DNA of 64,000 nt from an uncultured Candidatus Bathyarchaeia archaeon (GTDB lineage: Archaea > Thermoproteota > Bathyarchaeia > Bathyarchaeales > Bathycorpusculaceae): positions 84,338 to 148,337 of the forward strand of contig CAYVGZ010000001.1 in assembly GCA_964450845.1 (NCBI GenBank), written 5' to 3'. The notes under the pieces were generated by a model that searched no databases, was not told the DNA's origin, and saw nothing but the letters and a program-made list of their open reading frames with translations. Of this stretch, positions 48,262 through 57,493 are shown one piece after another; position 1 is the stretch's first letter, and the number at the start of each line of letters is the position of its first letter. A program made the position numbers and the translations under genes.

Positions 48262-49314
48262 TTATAAACATAATGATACTGTTTCAAACATAGGACAACG
48301 TCTGCATATTGATTTAATATTACATTGACAAAGTGAACAGGAATTTAGTAACTGGTCTCTCCACTGTACTGCTCGTGGATGATTCCAAATGTCCTTTAAA
48401 AACTCGGTATCCTCTTTTATTTCTAGACCTGTTTCCCATTCTCCTATACCCTCCATGAAGGAACATGGAAAGAATTGACCATCAACATTACAGTAGGAAG
48501 AGAAAAGAAACGCCTCACACGGCTCTATGAACTGAGCAAATGTATCGAATTTAGAATGTAGTTCTACTGCTTTAAGGAAGCTTGGGGCACTACATGAATC
48601 AAAGCCAATAGGTATATCGTTGTGCAACGCCTTAGCTACTACTGTTTCGAATTGAATTTTTGATATAGGAGTCATGCCAATCGCTCTACCTCTAGGCTTT
48701 AGCATTAAGAATACAACAGCATTGAGCTTTTCTAATCGAGGGTCTGTTTTTACTTTATCTATTAAGTCTAGACATTCTTGGTAGCTATCATATGATAGCA
48801 CCTGGTGTATATTAACTTGTTCTAAGCCTCTGCTGGTTAGTTCCCTGACGGCATTAAAGCAGACGGCGTCATTATACCTTGAGACCGCGACACTACCACA
48901 GTTGTTTGAAAGGATTGAATAGGTTCTATCATTACATCTGTAACCGTTAATTGTAATGTTGGGAATAATTCCGCTGTCACGAGTTTTCTGAAGTATCTGT
49001 TCGAGCTGCGGATGACCGTCAATGTCACCAATTCCAAACGCAATTTGCGTGAGGTTGTGTGGCATTGTGTTGAGGATAAGATCGAACTTCTCGAGCGGCA
49101 TAAACTTACCTTTTGGTGTATTGGACTTGTAACAGAAGTTACACGGACCCTTCTCTGTTCCGTGACAGATTGTGCTGATCTCAAGATCGAGTATCTCTGG
49201 ACCCAACGGGCTAAAGGAAGGATTGTCATTTTGTGTCTGTCCCCATCTGCTAAAGTATCCATTAACTGTGTCAAAGTCCCAGTTATAATCTTTGCTCCTA
49301 TATGATCTTATCAT
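48262..49314 (-). CDS. Radical SAM protein with SPASM-like C-terminus and CX7CX2C motif
   Basis: CHGTEKGPCNFC, QIAFG, PNITING, VAVS; C-terminal PCE..YC..DG..FPCS...CSLC.C...CRRCP. Confidence 0.82.
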   Translation of the reverse strand: MIRSYRSKDYNWDFDTVNGYFSRWGQTQNDNPSFSPLGPEILDLEISTICHGTEKGPCNFCYKSNTPKGKFMPLEKFDLILNTMPHNLTQIAFGIGDIDGHPQLEQILQKTRDSGIIPNITINGYRCNDRTYSILSNNCGSVAVSRYNDAVCFNAVRELTSRGLEQVNIHQVLSYDSYQECLDLIDKVKTDPRLEKLNAVVFLMLKPRGRAIGMTPISKIQFETVVAKALHNDIPIGFDSCSAPSFLKAVELHSKFDTFAQFIEPCEAFLFSSYCNVDGQFFPCSFMEGIGEWETGLEIKEDTEFLKDIWNHPRAVQWRDQLLNSCSLCQCNIKSICRRCPMFETVSLCL

Positions 49315-49315
49315 T

Positions 49316-49966
49316 TTATCCCCTGAATCTAAGTGGCTTCTTTATAATATACTGCGGTGAATTTTTTACTCGTAATGCTGGGCTTAAGACCATATCTTTG
49401 TTACCAGCTATTTTATAGCACTCAACACAAACAATTTTATTATCTGTGGTTTTTACTATGTCAGCATAATGCTGTTCTTTTAACCAGCAATACGCATAAG
49501 ACAGATCTCGTATCTTATACTGTGGGTTTTCTTTGACAAACTTTTTCCATTCTTTATCAGTAACAGGCTTGCCCATTACCCCTTCTTTTATATACCAGAA
49601 GTAAGTTGATGTCTTTGATATTTCTAGGTCATCATTAAAGAGTACAGAGACGTCTGTTTCAAGCTGAGACCAATCCTGATTATTACACGTTGCTACAAGT
49701 AGCTCTCCAAATTCACTTCTTACTATGTATGTCTCATAGTTAGTAGTAGAAAATACTACAGGAGTGTTAGGATTTTTAAATAGATTTTCTGCTGTTGCTA
49801 GCTTGAATAACTCTCCACCTGGTTCTCTCGAATCAGTCTCCCAGTCAGAGTCTCGTATCTCTAGCATTCTTTTAGCTAAAGCAAAGATTGTTGGTATTCT
49901 TTCATTTGGTATAACTAAAAAGCTAGACGATGAACTGTTTGAAACAAACCCTGTTCTTATTTTCAT
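49316..49966 (-). CDS. MKIRxGFVSNSSS-motif protein 2 (function unknown)
   Basis: N-terminus MKIRTGFVSNSSSSSF; C-terminal C...H...CVEC possible Zn site. Confidence 0.75.
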   Translation of the reverse strand: MKIRTGFVSNSSSSSFLVIPNERIPTIFALAKRMLEIRDSDWETDSREPGGELFKLATAENLFKNPNTPVVFSTTNYETYIVRSEFGELLVATCNNQDWSQLETDVSVLFNDDLEISKTSTYFWYIKEGVMGKPVTDKEWKKFVKENPQYKIRDLSYAYCWLKEQHYADIVKTTDNKIVCVECYKIAGNKDMVLSPALRVKNSPQYIIKKPLRFRG

Positions 49967-50316
49967 AGTTGCTCCAATGGGCTTGGTATATTTTGATCTA
50001 GATCTGTTTCTCTCTTAAATTGCTCCTGCATATGACGAAGAATATCTGGTCTCATTACCCAGCAATCCAGTGTTGCATCGTATATAAGAGAGCTGATAGG
50101 AATAGTTAGTCTATTCCATTCTTCTGGTGCGTTTGGTGGTTTTACACATATAATATCGCCATTTCTTGGCTGAAATGGTAGCTCTATTATTTCACACATT
50201 TCAGGCATGTCTTTCCTATGGCAACATATTTTAAGTCTATGCTTAGGCTTTAATGCTGTTATAAAGGCCTGGATAAATTGTTCATTTGTTAGTCCATCTT
50301 TCTTTTTTCTTGGCAT
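49963..50316 (-). CDS. Hypothetical protein
   Basis: 117 aa; GGAG SD; ATGA overlap downstream. Confidence 0.6.
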   Translation of the reverse strand: MPRKKKDGLTNEQFIQAFITALKPKHRLKICCHRKDMPEMCEIIELPFQPRNGDIICVKPPNAPEEWNRLTIPISSLIYDATLDCWVMRPDILRHMQEQFKRETDLDQNIPSPLEQL

Positions 50317-50924
50317 TAGTGTCTCCTATTGAATGGTTATATACTTGTTTTATCCAGGTTAAGAATTTTTCTTTTGACATTTCTTTTTTTTTTCATAATT
50401 ACATGTTTTACAACAAGGTACACAATTGTCTAAGGTATATCCTAAAGAATTATTAACCCTATCAATTCCGTTATAAATATATACATTTTTTATTTTTTTC
50501 TTGTTGAGATGGAGATACTCCGCAGTAAGTACAGTTAGATTTTGTTAAAAGCTTGAACTCTTCTAAAGATAACTTAGCAGATCTCTTATATTTTGAGAAT
50601 AATGAATTTAAAGCTGGAGTTATACCATCTAATAGGTGAGATGTTGTAAAACATTTTTCTCTACCACAATCACATTTACATAATTTAGTGTATCCGTCTT
50701 TTTTATAACAGTTAATTTTCCAAACTTTTTTCCTACTAGGTTTTGTTTATTTTCAAAACAATTTCTACACGTAGTTTGTTTTGATATTACTAAAGAATAT
50801 CCCCTAACTACTATTTTTTACCACACGAACAAACACAATTATATTTTACTTGATAATTTTTAATGAATTCACTTATAACTTTTAATTGTCCAAATGTTTG
50901 TCCTGTTAAACCAGAATATTTCAT
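50317..50924 (-). pseudogene. HNH-type homing endonuclease pseudogene
   Basis: GGGAGG SD, then MKYSGLTGQTFGQLKV...CVCSCG / LVGKKFGKLTV / CKCDCG...SNCTYCG / YNGIDRVNNSLGYTLDNCVPCCKTCN, across at least four frameshifts. Confidence 0.85.
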
Positions 50925-50957
50925 AGCGTCCTCCCTTTAATATATAGTACAGGACAC

Positions 50958-51542
50958 TCAATGACGGCGAAATGCTATATTATGCGGTACGTTTATTTTA
51001 CAGAGGTTGCATCGTTTGCAGGACCCTGGGCAGATAAGATATCCGTCTGGGACTGGAGCATCTCGTTCAATGACTGTGCAATTGCCATTGTTGCCTTTAG
51101 TACTTCCACTTCCTTTGATAAGGAATCTCGAGTTTGAGAAATCAAGATCTGATCTTGCGGAGTATCCGTAGGTTGTGACCCCAATTGTTGCAAGTCCTTC
51201 AGCAACGAATGATAGCTTGTCGATATCTTGCTGATCATGGAAGTCACCAGACTCATTGTACCTGAGATATCTGGTAGTTTTCCTTCTGCTTTGGATTCGT
51301 TCAGCAATTTCTTGAAGGATTGTCTCTGCTCGTTGATTTCTCCAGTATGTTTCTTGAGCATTTCTGTAAGCTGGGACAGTGTTTGGGTATTGAATTTCTG
51401 CTTTTTCTGCATAGCATCTTATTCCTTTATTTATAACTTCGCATAGGCCAAGTTGCTTTGATGGGCATGTATTTGCTGGACCCATGTTGATAATAGCTGT
51501 ATCATCTCCGAGCTTATGGTTTCCAAATTTAAGTCTAATCAT
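50958..51542 (-). CDS. Phage gp88-like Cys-rich protein
   Basis: GNHKLG, TCPS..LGLC...CYAEK, YLRYNESGDF, CPGSCKRCNLC. Confidence 0.6.
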   Translation of the reverse strand: MIRLKFGNHKLGDDTAIINMGPANTCPSKQLGLCEVINKGIRCYAEKAEIQYPNTVPAYRNAQETYWRNQRAETILQEIAERIQSRRKTTRYLRYNESGDFHDQQDIDKLSFVAEGLATIGVTTYGYSARSDLDFSNSRFLIKGSGSTKGNNGNCTVIERDAPVPDGYLICPGSCKRCNLCKINVPHNIAFRRH

Positions 51543-51562
51543 GTTAACTCCTCGTTTGAGGA

Positions 51563-54001
51563 CTAGGAGTGCTCCTCTTCAAGATCCTCTTTAGGGATCG
51601 TGTCTAATTTCTTTGCACTAGTAGGCCTAGAATCAAAGTCGTCTCCGAATAGATTTAGTTGTAAATTTTTTTTTATTCCAAACTTATCTAGTGCTTTCAA
51701 AACCAAGTCCTCATAGTAATTAAGGTCTAGTTGCGATATATCGTCGACCCATTTAACGAATGTATAATTCTTTCCATTGATTTTATAATACGGTTTTAGT
51801 TCTGGAAATGGTAATGGTTTCTTTGTTACTACATAATTGATCTGGGTACCTTGTGTGGCAACCTGCCCAGTTTTCATTTCCATTTGTTTACCAAGGAATA
51901 ATCTCATGTCATACGCGTCATCATATTCTCTTGGTTCCTTTGAAAGCTTAACGCGTTCTTCAAAGTCTTCCAGCTTTGCATTCTTAAAGTCTAAGGATTT
52001 CTGTAATACTTCATCCTTTGGCAAGCCATTGAATACATGTTGTATAGCTAGCTGTATTGCTCGGTCTACTATGTGTGCTGCACGAGATGCTTTAAATGAT
52101 GAACCATGTATTAGATACTTTCCATTCTCTTCAACTACATAGTTTTTCATAGCATAGAAGTAAGCTCTGCCAAAGTCATCTAACTCCATTTGCATGTAGT
52201 TATCTTTGATTCCAAACTTAGATTCTATTAGCTTGTCTAGCCATGTATTAATCTCTTTTTCTGATACTTCTTTATCTAGGATTAATCCATCTGTATCTAA
52301 CTCTATTAGATTATCTCGTAGTTTTCTAATTACATTTCCAGTAGTCCATCTGCACATAGCAGTAACCATTACTGCAGACATCATGTCTCCATAGGTACTA
52401 CTCTTAAGCCCCAAGATTCCGTATATTGAGTTGAGGATAACCTTGATGGCGTACTGTTGAGAATCCAGCGCGGGTCGCTCCGATTCTGTAGCGGTCTTAA
52501 GCTGCTTTTTAATCTTAACACGCTCAGCACGAAGCTTCGATATTTCTGTCTTGAGTACACCTTCGACGTCGTTCCTGACCTTAATAAGGATATCACACCG
52601 AAAGTTAGCATCTGGAATCCTATACCAGTTGTATTTCGAGTCTTTCTTGAATGTGTATTTACCAGTGTACGGAAGCTTCTTGACGAAAGATGTGGTATCT
52701 GGCCCGAGGTTCCAAGTTTGGATGCTGCTGGGATACATGCTGGAAAAGTCCAGTTTATAGACTTGAGGGAAATAACCATCTTTATATAGTCCTACTAATG
52801 CTCCTTCATACTTCGTTCCAATTTCTGCTATAGACCCATTGCTGGCATTGTATCTTTGAAAGTTGCTATCTGTAGCAATAAGACCTTTCTTTTCCATGTT
52901 TCGGGCTAGGAATAACTTTGGTACGAAGCTGGAGTACATTGTTATAATGCTATTGAGTGGAACACTTAGCATCTCTGCTAGAGTTATACAGTTTCTCATG
53001 TAGACATGGCCAACCCACTCGGTTCTGTATATGTCATCATCTAAGTATGAGTAGAGTTTATCTGAGTCCTTCTTGTATAAGTCCACTAGATTTTCTACGT
53101 GGTCTTTTACTTCTATATCTTCTAATGCTTCTTCTCTCCATATTCCATTTATTATTTCAGTTCGCTTTGCTTTATAGAACCTAGCAATTTCTTTTAGAGA
53201 CCTAGATTTGATACCAAACAGAGTTTGGTCTTTGGATACTCCAGCATTGGAATTATATATATCAAAATGTATTCTTCCAGGAATTCTTAACTGGTCTTCA
53301 ATGAAATATGGTGCCTTGTGTTGGCGACCAATCCCTTTCATACTTATATCTAGTAGCTTACACCTATCCATGATATATGGAAAGTCGAAATCTAGCGAGT
53401 TATACCCAGCTACAATGTCTGGATCGTTCTTCTCTACATCATCTATAAATTCAAGCAGTATCTTTTTGTCACCGTCAGTGCTTTGTCCAATACTTGTTCC
53501 TTTCAAATCAAATCCTTTTATGATCTTATGTTTGAGCTTTTCTTTTGTACCATTGTTCTTATAAATCCAAATACTATATCCTATACATAAGATTTCATTT
53601 GATATTGACTTAGGAAAGAATCCATCACCCTTTGTTGCTACTTCTATATCAAAGAACATTATCTTTAGATCATTTGTATGAGGAAAGCCAAGAAGATAAT
53701 CTGGCCTAGATATATACAGCTGTTCGATAAAGCTATTAGCTTGTATAAACCGTTGTCTATCTAAGCTTCTCTTTCTAAATTCTGTATATCCTTCTAGGTC
53801 TGGGAACTGAAGTCTAAGATATTCTCTTTCTTCATATTCTGGAACCTTAATCCACTTTTCTACTGGCGATTGAACGTCAGGAAACATGTCTTTTTGTGCT
53901 AAGACAAATGGTTTCATTGGGTGTTGGACCCGCTGTTCTAATCCATTTGCATATATAACTAATTCATCATTTGTTGGTATTACCGATAAAGGTATTTTCA
54001 T
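51563..54001 (-). CDS. Family B DNA polymerase
   Basis: Exonuclease FDIEV, GYNSLDFDF, Y...D; polymerase DFSSMYPS, KVILNSIYG, ELDTDG, KNY. Confidence 0.95.
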   Translation of the reverse strand: MKIPLSVIPTNDELVIYANGLEQRVQHPMKPFVLAQKDMFPDVQSPVEKWIKVPEYEEREYLRLQFPDLEGYTEFRKRSLDRQRFIQANSFIEQLYISRPDYLLGFPHTNDLKIMFFDIEVATKGDGFFPKSISNEILCIGYSIWIYKNNGTKEKLKHKIIKGFDLKGTSIGQSTDGDKKILLEFIDDVEKNDPDIVAGYNSLDFDFPYIMDRCKLLDISMKGIGRQHKAPYFIEDQLRIPGRIHFDIYNSNAGVSKDQTLFGIKSRSLKEIARFYKAKRTEIINGIWREEALEDIEVKDHVENLVDLYKKDSDKLYSYLDDDIYRTEWVGHVYMRNCITLAEMLSVPLNSIITMYSSFVPKLFLARNMEKKGLIATDSNFQRYNASNGSIAEIGTKYEGALVGLYKDGYFPQVYKLDFSSMYPSSIQTWNLGPDTTSFVKKLPYTGKYTFKKDSKYNWYRIPDANFRCDILIKVRNDVEGVLKTEISKLRAERVKIKKQLKTATESERPALDSQQYAIKVILNSIYGILGLKSSTYGDMMSAVMVTAMCRWTTGNVIRKLRDNLIELDTDGLILDKEVSEKEINTWLDKLIESKFGIKDNYMQMELDDFGRAYFYAMKNYVVEENGKYLIHGSSFKASRAAHIVDRAIQLAIQHVFNGLPKDEVLQKSLDFKNAKLEDFEERVKLSKEPREYDDAYDMRLFLGKQMEMKTGQVATQGTQINYVVTKKPLPFPELKPYYKINGKNYTFVKWVDDISQLDLNYYEDLVLKALDKFGIKKNLQLNLFGDDFDSRPTSAKKLDTIPKEDLEEEHS

Positions 54002-54333
54002 ATTATCTCCCAGTCTTTCGTATCTCTGGCCGTAATGGCCTTAAGAGCATTACCTCGCGGGATTAATAATGCAGTTCCGTCTTCGTTTACGTGCTCGCAC
54101 TTATAGATTTTATATCCATGCTTATATTCCTGCCCAGATATAAATTTTTCATCAAATATTTTAATGTGTCCACCGATTCTTCTTGTTATAACTTTGGTAA
54201 ATGTTCTAGGTTCCCAGTTAATTCTTTTACCAGTTAGATGTTCAAAGATTTCTACTGTAAATGAGCAGTTCTTTTGAGTTGAAGGATCGTATGTGCATTC
54301 CGTTACTCTTCCATCAAAATACATCCATATCAT
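53998..54333 (-). CDS. Hypothetical protein
   Basis: 111 aa; coupled at both ends (TAATG, ATGA). Confidence 0.6.
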   Translation of the reverse strand: MIWMYFDGRVTECTYDPSTQKNCSFTVEIFEHLTGKRINWEPRTFTKVITRRIGGHIKIFDEKFISGQEYKHGYKIYKCEHVNEDGTALLIPRGNALKAITARDTKDWEII

Positions 54334-54914
54334 TATAACATCTTCCTTAAGTTAATAGAGGAAGGTTTTCCTCCAGCTAGTAGTAGCAATCTTTCTGATG
54401 TTAATCTCCACCTAACTGCGTCTATAGTCTGTGCTGTAGGATAATTCCTATATAAAGTTGTTTCTTTCTCTATCATTTGCTTTATTATCTCTTGTAATTC
54501 AAAGCAAGTATTTTGAGTTAGATTATCTATGGAATCATCCTTACGCATAAACCTATAGTAATAGCTAAGATATATAACCTTGTCTAGTCTTGCTTTCATT
54601 TCTCCTTGATCTGAGCCTAATAAAATATTTGCAACTAAAGAGTTTCTGAAGTGTGCTAGGTCATAGTTTTCTATCCAGTTGAAGTCTCTTTCTCTTCTTC
54701 TGAATGAGAATCTATATCCTTCATTTTCAACTACTAGAAATGGTTTTTCTCCTGCGAGATTATTCCAGTTTGCTGCTATATGTTCTCTCATGGCCTCATT
54801 ATTAGCTGTGTAGAATCTTAATAACTCTTCTCGCTTTAAAATGAGATCTTGAAAGTGTAGCCTAGATTGAGAACCGATATCTTCGATTACTTTATCTAGT
54901 CCTATGATTTCCAT
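54333..54914 (-). CDS. Hypothetical helical protein directly downstream of the Ubl gene
   Basis: ATG at 54914, one base after the Ubl TAG. Confidence 0.6.
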   Translation of the reverse strand: MEIIGLDKVIEDIGSQSRLHFQDLILKREELLRFYTANNEAMREHIAANWNNLAGEKPFLVVENEGYRFSFRRRERDFNWIENYDLAHFRNSLVANILLGSDQGEMKARLDKVIYLSYYYRFMRKDDSIDNLTQNTCFELQEIIKQMIEKETTLYRNYPTAQTIDAVRWRLTSERLLLLAGGKPSSINLRKML

Positions 54915-54915
54915 T

Positions 54916-55143
54916 CTAACCGCCAATCAGTTGATTAGTAACACTAACCTCATGTTTAACTTTCTTGAGGTCGTCTTCTTGAATAACTTCTCCACCAAAG
55001 TGTTTTCCATCGATAAAGATAGTTCGTTTATTCTCTATTTCAGTATTCAAGATTCTTATTGCATCTGCTAATGCATACTCTTCGGATTCATATCCTTTAG
55101 TTGGTATGGTACGTTCTATTCTAATCTTTTTTTCTTCACTCAC
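54916..55143 (-). CDS. Ubiquitin-like (beta-grasp) protein ending in Gly-Gly
   Basis: 75 aa; strand-strand-helix-strand(IFIDG)...EDDL...EVSVTNQLIGG*; GGAGGAGG SD and GTG start overlapping the upstream stop. Confidence 0.8.
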   Translation of the reverse strand: MSEEKKIRIERTIPTKGYESEEYALADAIRILNTEIENKRTIFIDGKHFGGEVIQEDDLKKVKHEVSVTNQLIGG

Positions 55144-57484
55144 TTAGTTCCTCCTCCAGATTATAGATTGTTCCTGCTATTACTGAGTCATTCTTCAGTG
55201 CTAATAACTTAGATATAACAGTATCATATCCAATGTTCGATTTAATATTACTTTGATCTATCATGCACACGTATTTTCCGTTCTCATATACATTCTTTGC
55301 ACCCTTCTTTAATTCAGGGTCTATAAATACGTATGAATCCTTGTTATCATAGGCAATAATATATCTGTGACCAGACATACCAACAAGGGTTATAGCAGTC
55401 ATGTTCCTATTTCCTTTAGAGTTCCAATAAGAACAAAACTCTCCTTGTACGTCTGTAACTTTTTTTGTCAGAAATGCTTGAGATCTTTCCTTAAAGGCCT
55501 CATATGCTGAGTCTATTAAAAACTTATATCTAACGTAGTCTTTTGAACTTTCTACAGATTCAAATATAATCTTTTGTATCTTGTCTTCACAGCTAGTAAC
55601 CTGTTCTCCAATAAACTTAGCAAAGAGTATGTTAACTAGTTCTTTTCCCTTAATTGGAATCTCTATCGTGTCTAAGATCATCACATATTTAGATCTACCC
55701 TTAAGCTTTTTAAATCTAAATAGCTTGTTTGAACTACCAAGCTTAAGCTCATAACCAGAAGTCATTCCAATGTATACAGATAGACCTAACTTACCAATGT
55801 TAGATATAAATTTGTTTGCTTCCTCTTGGCTTCTATAACATGTTAATTCTCTTAGAACAGTTAACACTTCATTCCTATTAAATCTTTGACCATTGAGATA
55901 GGTAAGCTTTGCTTTATTAGCAGTAGTTTTAATCTCTAGCTTAATCTCTATACAGTCGTTTAATTTAATAGTTATTACAGAGTTTTCAGCAGAATACGAG
56001 TTAACTCTGTTCTTAAGTTCGGTAAAGATCTTGTCTAGAATATCGTTTAAGATAGTCTCTTCACTTGTCTCGCCTCTGTAGTATGTTATCAGGTATGATT
56101 CAAATGTTTGGAACAGTCTCTGCTTTAGTAACTCGTCATCTATAGCTATACTGAAATCATTGTATGAGACTTTTCCTTCTGAATGGTTATACTTAATCTT
56201 ATCACTTATATTGACATCAGAACCAACTGCCTTCTGTTTCTGTACAATATACTTATATTCGTCTACCATCTTCTTTAAAGCCTTTAGTCTTATCTGTAGT
56301 GGCTTTACCTCTGTAGAATCCTTTGATACAGCTGACTCGAATGAGTCGTAGTTCATATGTATCTTGCCTTTTATAATGGTAGTTCCAGTTAGCTTAGTTA
56401 GATTCTTAGTTAGAACATCAACATACTTTTCTAGTACTGTTTTAATATGTTCTATTGGCTCTTTATCTATTCGAGGGTCTGGTCCGATTATTATATCGTA
56501 ATGACCACCATGTCTAGGTATACTTAATATAATTCTGCCTTCATCTACAAAGTTATATGGCATTCGTCCAAAGTTTGTTATCTTAGCATCATCATATGTC
56601 CAAGGTCTTGTTTCGGCCATCCATAAGTCTTCAAGATTACTAAGTTTAAGCGCATCTCCTTGTACTCCTGCCTTAGCAGTAGCTACTAATGTTGATTGCT
56701 TAATCTCATCCATACCATCAAATGGTAGTATCTTTATTTGATAAGTTCTGGTATTGTTTCCTTGAAGAACCTTTGTAATTTTACCTATATATACAGCTCC
56801 GCTTTTTATGCAGTTGTGAACTACATTTAATCTTAGAGGATCACATTCAAGCTTCTTTGCGAAAGCGGATATTATTTCTCTTATCTCTTTTCTTTTTAGT
56901 TCCTTCACACTATTGAAGTGCTCAAATATACTATTGAGCTCTTTTGTAGTAGATCCATCGGTCTGCTTTGATATGCTTATGTTCTTTGTTTTTCCATTGG
57001 AAGACATAAACTCACATTGATCAGTAAATCTTTTCTTTGATACTACCTGTCCCATAAGAGAATCAGCAATAATATAATCTATCATATCGTCAGGATAGGC
57101 ATCAAACCCCTCATTCTTATTTCTGTAGTCGTCAGTCGTAGTAGACATCCATTGTAGTATGTCTTCGTCCCCTGAGTCTAATGCCTTTGCTTCTATTCCC
57201 TTTTCAATCTTTTCATTAATTGTCCAAGTTAGAATAGTAAATGGATACCATCGTCCAGCAGATTTGTTGATCAAGTGAAGATTACTTTTTTTGTCATTAG
57301 TAATCTTAATTAACCTAAATCCTGTTTCTTTTCCCTCAAAACTGTCAGTAGCTTCGCACACCGTTTTAATTGCTACCTCGGCATTGTTAACACTATCTAC
57401 GTCTAGCTTATAGTTTAACAAGGTATCTAATACTTCACGAGGTGTGCTAACTTTTTGTTCTGTAGCTTCGCCTTTTTGTCTCAT
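55136..57484 (-). CDS. 782-aa protein between E1 and Ubl, with a putative E2-like C-terminal domain
   Basis: Intact ORF; C-terminal GKYVCMIDQ...DTVISKLLALKND recalls the E2 G.vC...helix arrangement (inference). Confidence 0.5.
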   Translation of the reverse strand: MRQKGEATEQKVSTPREVLDTLLNYKLDVDSVNNAEVAIKTVCEATDSFEGKETGFRLIKITNDKKSNLHLINKSAGRWYPFTILTWTINEKIEKGIEAKALDSGDEDILQWMSTTTDDYRNKNEGFDAYPDDMIDYIIADSLMGQVVSKKRFTDQCEFMSSNGKTKNISISKQTDGSTTKELNSIFEHFNSVKELKRKEIREIISAFAKKLECDPLRLNVVHNCIKSGAVYIGKITKVLQGNNTRTYQIKILPFDGMDEIKQSTLVATAKAGVQGDALKLSNLEDLWMAETRPWTYDDAKITNFGRMPYNFVDEGRIILSIPRHGGHYDIIIGPDPRIDKEPIEHIKTVLEKYVDVLTKNLTKLTGTTIIKGKIHMNYDSFESAVSKDSTEVKPLQIRLKALKKMVDEYKYIVQKQKAVGSDVNISDKIKYNHSEGKVSYNDFSIAIDDELLKQRLFQTFESYLITYYRGETSEETILNDILDKIFTELKNRVNSYSAENSVITIKLNDCIEIKLEIKTTANKAKLTYLNGQRFNRNEVLTVLRELTCYRSQEEANKFISNIGKLGLSVYIGMTSGYELKLGSSNKLFRFKKLKGRSKYVMILDTIEIPIKGKELVNILFAKFIGEQVTSCEDKIQKIIFESVESSKDYVRYKFLIDSAYEAFKERSQAFLTKKVTDVQGEFCSYWNSKGNRNMTAITLVGMSGHRYIIAYDNKDSYVFIDPELKKGAKNVYENGKYVCMIDQSNIKSNIGYDTVISKLLALKNDSVIAGTIYNLEEELSE

Positions 57485-57493
57485 GTTTATTCC

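Noticed and set aside
34960-52779. Same-strand alternative-frame ORFs of 102-145 aa (34960, 48837, 50993, 52381) as overprinted genes
   Set aside because: Each coincides with a GC-rich patch in which fewer T-ending codons remove stops from the shifted frame; no SD and no protein-like motifs were seen. Treated as a by-product, although ribosome profiling could overturn this.
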